From an uncultured Clostridia bacterium (GTDB lineage Bacteria > Bacillota > Clostridia > Christensenellales > Borkfalkiaceae): a DNA stretch of 41,188 nt. Position 1 is the stretch's first letter, and each line of letters opens with the position of its first letter. The notes below the pieces were generated by a model. It did no database searches. It saw only the letters and a program-made list of their open reading frames with translations, and was not told where the DNA came from. Below are positions 33,521 through 41,188 of this stretch, piece after piece. The DNA is taken from positions 1-41,188 of the forward strand of contig CAJGCN010000001.1 of assembly GCA_904501815.1 (NCBI GenBank), read 5' to 3'. Made by a program: the position numbers and the translations under genes.

Positions 33521-34915
33521 TTATACCTCATATTCTTTTAAATATTCTTTTGTGTTTTCAACCATAGTATCAAACAACTTTCTTGCGTCCGCCAAAGAAC
33601 AACGCACTTGCGGACTACCTGCAAATACGGCAAATGCTTTATCCAAATTTCTTTCCGCAATCGCTTCGTCCAACGCCTCTTGCTCGCCTACGATATGCGC
33701 AATCATAGCGTATAATTGCTTGGGAATTGCCCCTGCAAACACGGGTTTTACTTCGTCCGTTCTAAATATTGCGTTAGTTTCCACCACCGCACCCAAAGGT
33801 AAGTTCGGAATTTGTCCTTCATTAGGGATATTTACGTTCGTAATCATTTCGTGTAAGCCAAGTAGCGCACGCATTTGATTGACTCCATCTTCGCCCGTAG
33901 GCGTAATTTCCGGTTGGATTGCACCCGACACTAAATCTTCACTCTTTTTCTTGCGGTTTTTCAAATCTTCTTTGCGATAGGCTACGTCCGTAATAGCAAA
34001 CATCCATTCATCCACCGTTTTTCTGTCTTTTAAATACCAGTTTCCAGGACAAAATTCGGATAAATGCCGATCACCCGCCGCCGCGATTACCCCATAGCGT
34101 TTGAATAAATCCATCTTTACCCGTTCGGCACGTTTCCAATATCTATCCGCCCAGTTTTCTTCTTTGTCCTCCTTATACCCGCTTTCGTAGTATTTATCCA
34201 CGAATTTTTTATACACCTCAAAAAGGTCGTATTCGTTGTATCTTGCGGACGTAAGCCAAGTGAAATGATTAATACCGATAGGATTTACCTTGACTTCTTC
34301 TCTCTTTACGCCCTTTACGCCGTAAATATCTTCCAAAGCCGTTGCCAACAATTTTTGCGTTGCAAAAACCTCGTGGCAACATCCAAACGCTTTAATTTCA
34401 GGGAATGCACGGTATAAAGTCTTTACGCACATTGTCATAGGATTTGTGTAATTAATTACCCAAGCGTTGGGGCAATTATCCCGCACCGCAAACGCGATTT
34501 CTTCTATCATGGGGCAACAACGCAAAGAACGCACGACACCTCCTGCCCCCACCGTATCGCCTACAGATTGATAAATACCGTATTTTTCAGGTTCGTGTAC
34601 GTCGCTTTCCATCTCGTCAAAAGTGGCAGGTTGAATGGATATAATGACAAAGTCTGCACCCTTTAACGCTTCACTAAGCGTATTAGATACTTGGTAATTC
34701 CAATGACTTACAGCCCCTTTTACAGCGTTAAATTTTTCACCTATGATTTTATTGCTTTCCGCTGCCGGCTTGTCAATGTCGTATAAGCGGACTGTACCCG
34801 ACATATCTTCACACGCCACTAAATCGCTCATCAACGCCCACGCCCAACCGCGCGAACCGCCACCAACGTACGCAATGTTTACATCTTTTGCTTTTTTGTT
34901 TACAATTACAGCCAT
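33521..34915 (-). CDS. Glycoside hydrolase family 4, LplD-like (alpha-galacturonidase type)
   Basis: The N-terminal NIAYVGGGSRGWAWALMSDL resembles B. subtilis LplD. Motifs CHEV, GINHFTW and a Rossmann-type NAD site are present. Confidence 0.85.
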   Translation of the reverse strand: MAVIVNKKAKDVNIAYVGGGSRGWAWALMSDLVACEDMSGTVRLYDIDKPAAESNKIIGEKFNAVKGAVSHWNYQVSNTLSEALKGADFVIISIQPATFDEMESDVHEPEKYGIYQSVGDTVGAGGVVRSLRCCPMIEEIAFAVRDNCPNAWVINYTNPMTMCVKTLYRAFPEIKAFGCCHEVFATQKLLATALEDIYGVKGVKREEVKVNPIGINHFTWLTSARYNEYDLFEVYKKFVDKYYESGYKEDKEENWADRYWKRAERVKMDLFKRYGVIAAAGDRHLSEFCPGNWYLKDRKTVDEWMFAITDVAYRKEDLKNRKKKSEDLVSGAIQPEITPTGEDGVNQMRALLGLHEMITNVNIPNEGQIPNLPLGAVVETNAIFRTDEVKPVFAGAIPKQLYAMIAHIVGEQEALDEAIAERNLDKAFAVFAGSPQVRCSLADARKLFDTMVENTKEYLKEYEV

Positions 34916-35144
34916 TTTACACCTCGTTAAATTTAAAATTAAAAAATTTTATTTATAAGTCTTATTTTAAGACTACCTTCCAAAATTAGGTTTCGATTTT
35001 GATAATATCGTTATTTATCTGATAACTCCATTCTGATTATCCCGTTCTTTGATAATCAGCAAAGCTTTGCCTTTATTCCTTTTCCGCAAGAAGATAAACC
35101 GATTGCGTATTTCATAATTTTTCTCCTATTATCTTTTTTATGAA

Positions 35145-36365
35145 TTAAAACGTATCTTCTAACCAAATCGGCTTCTTATAAAAGAGTTTCTTCAAATTCT
35201 CACAATTAGATAGGATGCGTACGTTTTCTAACAGTTCTAAATTGTCGAAAGCATATCTTCCTAAAATCGCAGAAGAAAAAGCATTAATATCCATTTGTAT
35301 ATCCGGTTTTCCGCCTTTTGTTATCTTTCTTTCTTTTCCAAATTCAATCGTATAACAACCGTTATTCCACGACGCGTAATGATCGCCCACGATTTCTATG
35401 CAAACCTGTCCCGTTCCGTCTATTTTTGCTAATTTTAATACTTCTTCGACGTCAACGACGCGGCTTGTTCCGTTATTTGTTAAACTATGTAAGGCATCTT
35501 TATCCTTTCTGCCCCAACCGCCCGTGCTGTCAATAAACGCCGAAACGTCTAACTCTTTGGGCAATTTTATGATTACTCGATTGCAATATTGTTTTTGCTT
35601 TTCAAATAAAGATAAGCACCCCTTCAAGCCTTCCATCGTCGTATACCAAAGAGTTTTTACTTCTAAATCTTGCGTACCGTCCTTTTTGATTGCTATAAAA
35701 TCCATATATCCGTCCGGTACGTTCTCGTCATTATAATGCACGAATGAACTTCTATTTTGATAAGGCACGCGATTATTGTAAAACAGCCTCCATTGCGTTC
35801 TATTTTTAACGACCGCTAAATTTTGATTAACACTAAACTGTGCATACACTTTTTCAATATCCGCTTTCATCTTATCCGAGCCGTCAAAATATATATTTTT
35901 TCCGTATTGCGGAAAAGACATTCGTTCTACTGGCACGTTCCAAAACGCGTATTCGGCACTCGCGTCATATCCGAACTGCCGATAATAGTTTTCCGCGAAG
36001 GGATATAAATGAGAAAAAATTTGTCCGTTTTGACGCATTTTTTCAAAAGCTTTTACATAAATTTGCTTAATTGCTCCCTTAGGTCCGTTAAAATCGGAAA
36101 CGACTCCCCCAACGCCACACATTTTACATTGTGTCCCATCAAAATAGATCGTATGACCGCTACATTCAATGGCGGCATACAGCTTATCGCCGATATACGC
36201 CCCCATACGGAAAAATCCGTCTTCTTGGTTTTCATCTTCCTCTACAAGTTGCTTTTTGAATTCTTCGGGCTTATTTAATTGCGCATTCTGCCAACGAAAC
36301 ATCATACACATAAGTTGGCGATAGGCTAATCCCTCTTCTCCATAAAATTCTCTAATCGTATACAT
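35145..36365 (-). CDS. Eis-like GNAT N-acetyltransferase (GNAT plus SCP2-like C-terminal domain)
   Basis: MCGVGGVVSDFNGPKGAIKQIYVKAFEKMRQNGQIFSHLYPFAENYYRQFGY is typical of Eis-family proteins. It is 406 aa and its RBS is AAGGAG. Confidence 0.7.
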   Translation of the reverse strand: MYTIREFYGEEGLAYRQLMCMMFRWQNAQLNKPEEFKKQLVEEDENQEDGFFRMGAYIGDKLYAAIECSGHTIYFDGTQCKMCGVGGVVSDFNGPKGAIKQIYVKAFEKMRQNGQIFSHLYPFAENYYRQFGYDASAEYAFWNVPVERMSFPQYGKNIYFDGSDKMKADIEKVYAQFSVNQNLAVVKNRTQWRLFYNNRVPYQNRSSFVHYNDENVPDGYMDFIAIKKDGTQDLEVKTLWYTTMEGLKGCLSLFEKQKQYCNRVIIKLPKELDVSAFIDSTGGWGRKDKDALHSLTNNGTSRVVDVEEVLKLAKIDGTGQVCIEIVGDHYASWNNGCYTIEFGKERKITKGGKPDIQMDINAFSSAILGRYAFDNLELLENVRILSNCENLKKLFYKKPIWLEDTF

Positions 36366-36377
36366 ACTATTCTCCTT

Positions 36378-39300
36378 TTATTTAACGAGCTTCAATAAAA
36401 TAGATTGTTGCCGTAAAATTCCCACCGAAATTGCGGAAATCTTTCCGTTTTTCATACGCTTTCCTATCTGTTCACAACCGTAAACACCTACTGCATTACA
36501 ATACGTATTTTCAGGGAGCTCCACCTTTACCCGAATGGGTTTTTCATAAGTAGCCCCGCCCAAATCTTTGGAATAATCGACGAGCAATAACACGTCTTCT
36601 CCCCGTTCATTCACAAAAGGCGTTATACCGCAACGTTTATCCGCTATATATCCCGAAGTAGAAAGTTTACGCATACAATCCGTAATCGTACTTTCCAACA
36701 ACGCACTAATGTTGTACGCCGTATTATACACCGAATGTTTCACGCTATCTATTCCTACTTGACAAATAGGAGCGTTGAGTAGAAGGGTATTCTCTCTGCG
36801 TATTAAAATCGGCGTGTTATCATCCGCCCAAAGCAACGCTTCTCCGTCAACCGCGTCGTAATACAATTCTACTTCGTAAGGAGTGATGTATTCCTTAGAG
36901 CCTCCGTCCGTTAAATAGGTCAAGCGTTTTTTACGACGGTTGCGTTTTACGCCAAATACGTCTTCTAAGCCGTCCACGTTATGTACGGCTATAAGCGGTA
37001 TACCCTCTTTATGCAATGCGCGCAATGCCTCGATTGATTTCTTATCCGCTTTGGTAAGGGAGGGTAAAATCACCATATCGCAGTTTTCTTTGGTTAAAGA
37101 TTGCAAGCGGGCATAATCTATCGCCCCGCTAACGGGAAGCCCTCCTTCTCGCAATGCTTTATACATATACGCTAAACCCGAATCGCTGATATTATGTGCA
37201 GCGTGTCCGCTGTATCCGTAATCCCCACCAGAATATTCGTCATAGCACTTGTTTTTGTCAAATCTATCGTCGTCACTGGTAATTTCATATACGAGTACGC
37301 TTCCCTTTTTGGGGGCAACAGGAATATTTTCCATTGCCTTTCCCCAAGCATATAGAAATTCGTTTAGCTTATCCGCCACGCTGTTATATAAATATTCTGG
37401 GAACAACATAATCCCATAATCTTTCCAATAACTATACGCTTGTTTTTCCGAACGATAGTGCGGGGTATTGAAAATATATTCGTATACTTGCGTCACGCAC
37501 ATATACGGCTTACAAGTAAACAAACCAACAGGCGGTTTTGCAGGGCAAATTGCGGTGTCTGGACAACCTTCACGCCAGCCGTCATATAATTCTGGAAACA
37601 AACGTATGCGCGGGTCTAAAAATTTCGCCGTAGTCAATGCCCACGCCCCACGAGTTGTCGTATATCCACACACGTGCGGATAATCTTCAAATTGATAATA
37701 CCCGTCCGTATGTTCGTATGCTTTCGTTGCGTCCACGCCGTACCAACGGGAAGAATATGCCCCTATGTACGGCGAAATATATACATTCCAATGCCCGTAA
37801 GTAGTACGCTTTACCTTTGGATTAACTCTTTTTACTTTTAACCATTCCTTTCGTTCACATTCGGCAATAATCGGTAAGCAATAGTCTATAAATTCACCAC
37901 AGGCAAGCGACATAAAGTTCTGATAATCTTCCAACGTAAACCTTTCTTGTACGTTTATCAATCCTGCTTTTTTTCGAATATCTTCGTGTAAGCATAAAAA
38001 CTCTTCCAACATATCGAGCATTTGATTGCGGACAACCCGATAGATGAAAAAGTCGTATCGCCCATACAACCTATCTTCTCTGCGCCCGCCGTTTTTAGAA
38101 TACACGTAATCGGCATTTTGCGTAATTCCCCAATCCAACGTCGCATCAGAAATCAAATCAGCCCTACTCACGCAACGGCCATTCATCCATGCAAATATTT
38201 TTCTTTTGAACAGGGGATAAATTTCCCAAGCGCGACGCTCTTCTGCTACGTTAGGCAAAATCAACGCGATATCGACGTAATGTTGTACGTTGCAATCGGG
38301 CATCGGAAACCAAAAGTCAGGCACCGCATTGATTCCCCCCAAAGGCGCGCCGTCCCCCACGTGCGAATGGAATAATCCACTTGCTTCTTGCGGAGATATA
38401 TCGCTGTTTTTATCAATAACTTCAAACGCCGAACGGTGTTCTTTGACGAGTTCGCCGAAATAATACACTTCCACTGACAAATGATATACGCCCAAAGCAA
38501 GCGGAGATATTTTTACCTCATACGCCTTAAAAGGGTTTACTGGATATTCATTAGGGGTTTGTTTTTGAAAATACTCCAATTCTCGAATAGGATTAAAGAA
38601 CGCGTCTTGCAAAATAAATCTTACCGAAATATCTTCTACGGTATGTATCGTGCGAATATCAACGTAAAACGCCGCTTCCTGCGTGGTATAAAAATAGTGA
38701 TTGCCTTGCAAATGGCGTATAATATCGGCGCGATTATAAGCCGTTTCGGGAATCATTTCGGCTAATTCTTCATTCAGCGGCGAACGAACAGATACGGTAA
38801 ATTCCATATCTAAGGATTCCCCGTTATAAATTAAATTCCCTTCTTTATCATAAATAAACTCGCGTGCGCCCTTGTACAATTCCGCATACATTTGCTCAAA
38901 CTCATTGTATCCTACGCACAACTGTTCAATTTCACCCAAATTTTGCAATAAAAACGTACCGGAAAACGGCTTTTCTTTTACCTTACAAACAGCACGATAG
39001 GTTTGCAGTACTCCGTCTATTGCCGCTAATTCACCTCCATTGTCGGCATTTACTTTCGACGTATAATTCATGTCTAAAACACGGAACGCACCGTTTTCAA
39101 TATACAAGCGTTTACTATTGTTAATTTTGAAATACAGCCCCGTGAATTCTTCATAAATCGTCGCCCAACAAGCTCCGTGTACTTTCTCGGCAGGCGGACG
39201 GGCATACAAGCCGTCGGCGAAGGTATATTCGACCTGCGAGATATTTTCCCCAATGTCAGACACGGTTAAATGTAAGCTATACGGCAAAACCCCACCGTTA

Positions 39301-39914
39301 TCACGGGGAATAATAAGGTGATATTCTCCTACTTTCTTAGGCTCAATTTCTTGCGTTTGTAAGCGTAAATCGGAAATGAAAATTTCACGGAATGCATTTT
39401 CTCTCGTAAAACCGATTTTTCCTTTCTTCTTTTCAACGGGGCATTCCAACACACACTCGCCCATTTGACAACGCATTTTTTTGCCATCTACTATGAGATC
39501 TACTCCGTATTTTTTATCGTATTCACGAGTAAACGTATATTCTTTTCTTTCTAATAATTGAGTATGTATTCCCACGATTTCATACAAGGCGATTGCCGTC
39601 CCGCCCTTCGACAAAGCGGAAATTTCGAGTTCGTATCCCGTGCGGTTTTGTCTGTCATACCCAAATACTACGCCAAAACTTTCATTTACGTTCACGCATC
39701 CGTTTTTATAATGCATTAAATCAAAATGCAACGTAAACGTCGAAATGCTCGGCACGTTGATATACGCTCTTGCTCCGCTAAAAGTCAAAGCATATCCTTG
39801 CTCTTTTACCGTACCGTTTAAATGATAGTAAGGATTATCTTTTTCCACTTCAAGAGAATAGGGTTGATTATTGTCGTCGTGATTATATAAACCATTTTTA
39901 AATTCAAATTCCAT
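36378..39914 (-). CDS. 1178-aa protein of unknown function (possible novel carbohydrate-active enzyme)
   Basis: It is a long uninterrupted ORF inside a tightly packed operon. The N-terminus looks like a jelly-roll domain. The segment MVILPSLTKADKKSIEALRALHKEGIPLIAVHNVDGLEDVFGV looks like a class I glutamine-amidotransferase-like or GH42-trimerisation-like module. I recognised no catalytic signature. Confidence 0.6.
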   Translation of the reverse strand: MEFEFKNGLYNHDDNNQPYSLEVEKDNPYYHLNGTVKEQGYALTFSGARAYINVPSISTFTLHFDLMHYKNGCVNVNESFGVVFGYDRQNRTGYELEISALSKGGTAIALYEIVGIHTQLLERKEYTFTREYDKKYGVDLIVDGKKMRCQMGECVLECPVEKKKGKIGFTRENAFREIFISDLRLQTQEIEPKKVGEYHLIIPRDNGGVLPYSLHLTVSDIGENISQVEYTFADGLYARPPAEKVHGACWATIYEEFTGLYFKINNSKRLYIENGAFRVLDMNYTSKVNADNGGELAAIDGVLQTYRAVCKVKEKPFSGTFLLQNLGEIEQLCVGYNEFEQMYAELYKGAREFIYDKEGNLIYNGESLDMEFTVSVRSPLNEELAEMIPETAYNRADIIRHLQGNHYFYTTQEAAFYVDIRTIHTVEDISVRFILQDAFFNPIRELEYFQKQTPNEYPVNPFKAYEVKISPLALGVYHLSVEVYYFGELVKEHRSAFEVIDKNSDISPQEASGLFHSHVGDGAPLGGINAVPDFWFPMPDCNVQHYVDIALILPNVAEERRAWEIYPLFKRKIFAWMNGRCVSRADLISDATLDWGITQNADYVYSKNGGRREDRLYGRYDFFIYRVVRNQMLDMLEEFLCLHEDIRKKAGLINVQERFTLEDYQNFMSLACGEFIDYCLPIIAECERKEWLKVKRVNPKVKRTTYGHWNVYISPYIGAYSSRWYGVDATKAYEHTDGYYQFEDYPHVCGYTTTRGAWALTTAKFLDPRIRLFPELYDGWREGCPDTAICPAKPPVGLFTCKPYMCVTQVYEYIFNTPHYRSEKQAYSYWKDYGIMLFPEYLYNSVADKLNEFLYAWGKAMENIPVAPKKGSVLVYEITSDDDRFDKNKCYDEYSGGDYGYSGHAAHNISDSGLAYMYKALREGGLPVSGAIDYARLQSLTKENCDMVILPSLTKADKKSIEALRALHKEGIPLIAVHNVDGLEDVFGVKRNRRKKRLTYLTDGGSKEYITPYEVELYYDAVDGEALLWADDNTPILIRRENTLLLNAPICQVGIDSVKHSVYNTAYNISALLESTITDCMRKLSTSGYIADKRCGITPFVNERGEDVLLLVDYSKDLGGATYEKPIRVKVELPENTYCNAVGVYGCEQIGKRMKNGKISAISVGILRQQSILLKLVK

Positions 39915-39938
39915 GATTTGTTACCATTTTTTTACTTT

Positions 39939-40847
39939 TTATATACTTAATAAAACAACGGATACTATACCGCAAACATAGCCGATATATTGCCATTTCG
40001 TAAAACGTTCTTTATAAATAATTAGTCCTGTTATAAACGTAAAGACGATCAATCCTGCCGAAACGGAAGGATATAATACTACGCCTGGTAAAGCCGTCGC
40101 TAATAATAACATTAAGATATTGCATCCTGCATTTGCGACACCCGTAGCCGAAGCATACGAGCAACTCTTTTTTATCAATGTTTTAAAATTCTTAGGCTTT
40201 TTAGAAATAAGGCAAATTCCAAAAATCACCGTCACCGCTAACATTGCAAAGAATTGAAAACATACTGCGTAATCATTCGCTTGCATACCTTGCGCCGACA
40301 AATTGCTTTGATGTACTTTTTGCAATGTACTTCCTATCCCATTCCCTAAAAAAGAAAGTATGGCAAAAAACAACCATTTAAAATTAAATTTTTTCTCCTT
40401 TTCTATCGTATTCACCAAGATAAGCGATGCAAATAACAAAAATAAACCGATAATACCCAACGTCGTAAATTTTTCGCCCAAAATAATCGCGCTGTATAAC
40501 GCGGGTATAATAATGGAAAACGACGAAATTAACGCGCTTAATGAAAGAGAGCCTGTTTTTATTGCCATATAGGAAGAAAAAATACAAGTAGAAAATGAAC
40601 AAGCAAATCCCATTGCAAAGAAAAACGTCGTCCAAGAAAAATTGAAATTAAATATAAACAATATTCCTAAAAATATAGTTGCTGCTAATACTTCGAAGAA
40701 CAAAAAAAACATTTGAGCATTTTCTGCATCTTGCGTTTTTTTATCGTTTTGTTTTATAAAAATATTTTGTATGTAGGCCAAAAAAATAACAAAAAATAAA
40801 AGAATATATTCCATACCGTGCCTTCGTCTTAGTTTATAAGTGTTCAA
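39939..40847 (-). CDS. EamA/DMT-superfamily transporter (10 TM)
   Basis: It has two EamA-like halves and 10 predicted hydrophobic helices. The start is uncertain: TTG at 40847, or the internal MEYILL. Confidence 0.75.
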   Translation of the reverse strand: MNTYKLRRRHGMEYILLFFVIFLAYIQNIFIKQNDKKTQDAENAQMFFLFFEVLAATIFLGILFIFNFNFSWTTFFFAMGFACSFSTCIFSSYMAIKTGSLSLSALISSFSIIIPALYSAIILGEKFTTLGIIGLFLLFASLILVNTIEKEKKFNFKWLFFAILSFLGNGIGSTLQKVHQSNLSAQGMQANDYAVCFQFFAMLAVTVIFGICLISKKPKNFKTLIKKSCSYASATGVANAGCNILMLLLATALPGVVLYPSVSAGLIVFTFITGLIIYKERFTKWQYIGYVCGIVSVVLLSI

Positions 40848-40876
40848 TTCCTATTTCTTATATTTTGTCTTTTCTC

Positions 40877-40911
40877 AAAGTAGCCACTCGCTTCACAAGT
40901 GGCTACTTTTT
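40877..40911 (-). terminator. 12-bp stem terminator between the partial upstream gene and the DMT operon
   Basis: The stem is AAAGTAGCCACT (40877-40888) / AGTGGCTACTTT (40898-40909) with a 9-nt loop. Confidence 0.6.
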
Positions 40912-40945
40912 GATTGAACACTATAAAATTTTATTGATTGCTTTG

Positions 40946-41188
40946 CTAATTCGCCGTATTCCATACAGGAGCTTTGCTCGTTGTCGTCCAATACGCGCCG
41001 AAGCCTTCCAACGAAGCCGTATTACTACTTTCCATTGTAGCTCTGTTAGTAAACACTGCCACACCAGTACAGCTCGTAAGACTGTTGTTCAACGCAACGC
41101 TACTCAACACGATTACGTTTTCTCTCTTGGGCTTTTCGGCGTCAGTAAACGTTCCAGATCCAATAAACGAACCGAACCCTGAACTTAA
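40946..41188 (-). CDS. C-terminal 80 codons of an unidentified protein (5' end outside the window)
   Basis: The minus-strand frame is open from the window edge to TAG at 40946-40948. It translates as ...GSGTFTDAEKPKRENVIVLSSVALNNSLTSCTGVAVFTN...GFGAYWTTTSKAPVWNTAN*. A strong terminator follows. Confidence 0.4.
   Translation of the reverse strand, partial: LSSGFGSFIGSGTFTDAEKPKRENVIVLSSVALNNSLTSCTGVAVFTNRATMESSNTASLEGFGAYWTTTSKAPVWNTAN

Larger units (their letters stand above)
28656..41188. mobile_element. tRNA-Ser-associated integrative genomic island (left end plus integrase; right end outside the window)
   Basis: An att-like repeat of the tRNA 3' end lies at the left boundary. A tyrosine integrase sits about 290 nt inside. 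The region is visibly more AT-rich than the left 28 kb and contains gene remnants. Confidence 0.55.

Noticed and set aside
40797-40848. Possible homopolymer (A-run) frameshift at the 5' end of the DMT transporter gene
   Set aside because: When I hand-translated this stretch I was one base out relative to the ORF-track protein around the A-run at 40797-40803. The flanking ORF-track coordinates are self-consistent, so I attribute this to my own counting and keep the track's ORF. It is only worth a look if read-level data are available.
40865-41182. 105-aa plus-strand ORF at the right edge
   Set aside because: It starts inside the 12-bp terminator stem, has no RBS and gives a Arg/Ser/Thr-rich translation. 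The opposite strand is open from the window edge to a stop followed by that terminator, which is the more plausible gene.
1-41188. CRISPR arrays, rRNA genes, IS transposases, reverse transcriptases
   Set aside because: I saw no regularly spaced direct repeats, rRNA-like segments or transposase/RT motifs on either strand during the read-through. This was not checked exhaustively by computation.

Overview
This 41.2 kb window comes from an endospore-forming Firmicute, probably Clostridia-like. Two parts are visible. (1) Positions 1 to about 28,500 are core chromosome. They carry cdaR'-cdaA, holA, comEC, a solitary 1.88k-aa DUF4011/SF1-helicase/nuclease-like/DUF3320 gene, and the canonical rimP-nusA-ylxR-ylxQ-infB-rbfA-nrnA operon. 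They also carry an AT-rich islet with two divergent XRE regulators, a spoVB-like flippase, pgi, an antitoxin-less mazF/ndoA-type toxin, spoIIE and ppa. Between spoIIE and ppa sits an operon of three deeply diverged paralogs of an approximately 8-TM membrane protein family I cannot place, plus an 85-aa protein that mimics their cytoplasmic tail. (2) A tRNA-Ser(GCU) at 28412-28502 is followed by a 20-bp duplication of its 3' end, a tyrosine integrase, and a visibly AT-richer island that runs off the right edge. The island holds decayed GH28/beta-helix remnants and a tightly packed minus-strand operon: DMT transporter, 1178-aa orphan protein, Eis-like GNAT, LplD-like GH4 and a serine hydrolase. 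I saw no CRISPR array, rRNA or transposase. My best candidates for something undescribed are the three-paralog membrane operon, the giant helicase (Hhe-like, with an apparently degenerate nuclease motif), the orphan MazF next to spoIIE, and the 1178-aa island protein. All family assignments come from motif recognition by eye; no searches were run.
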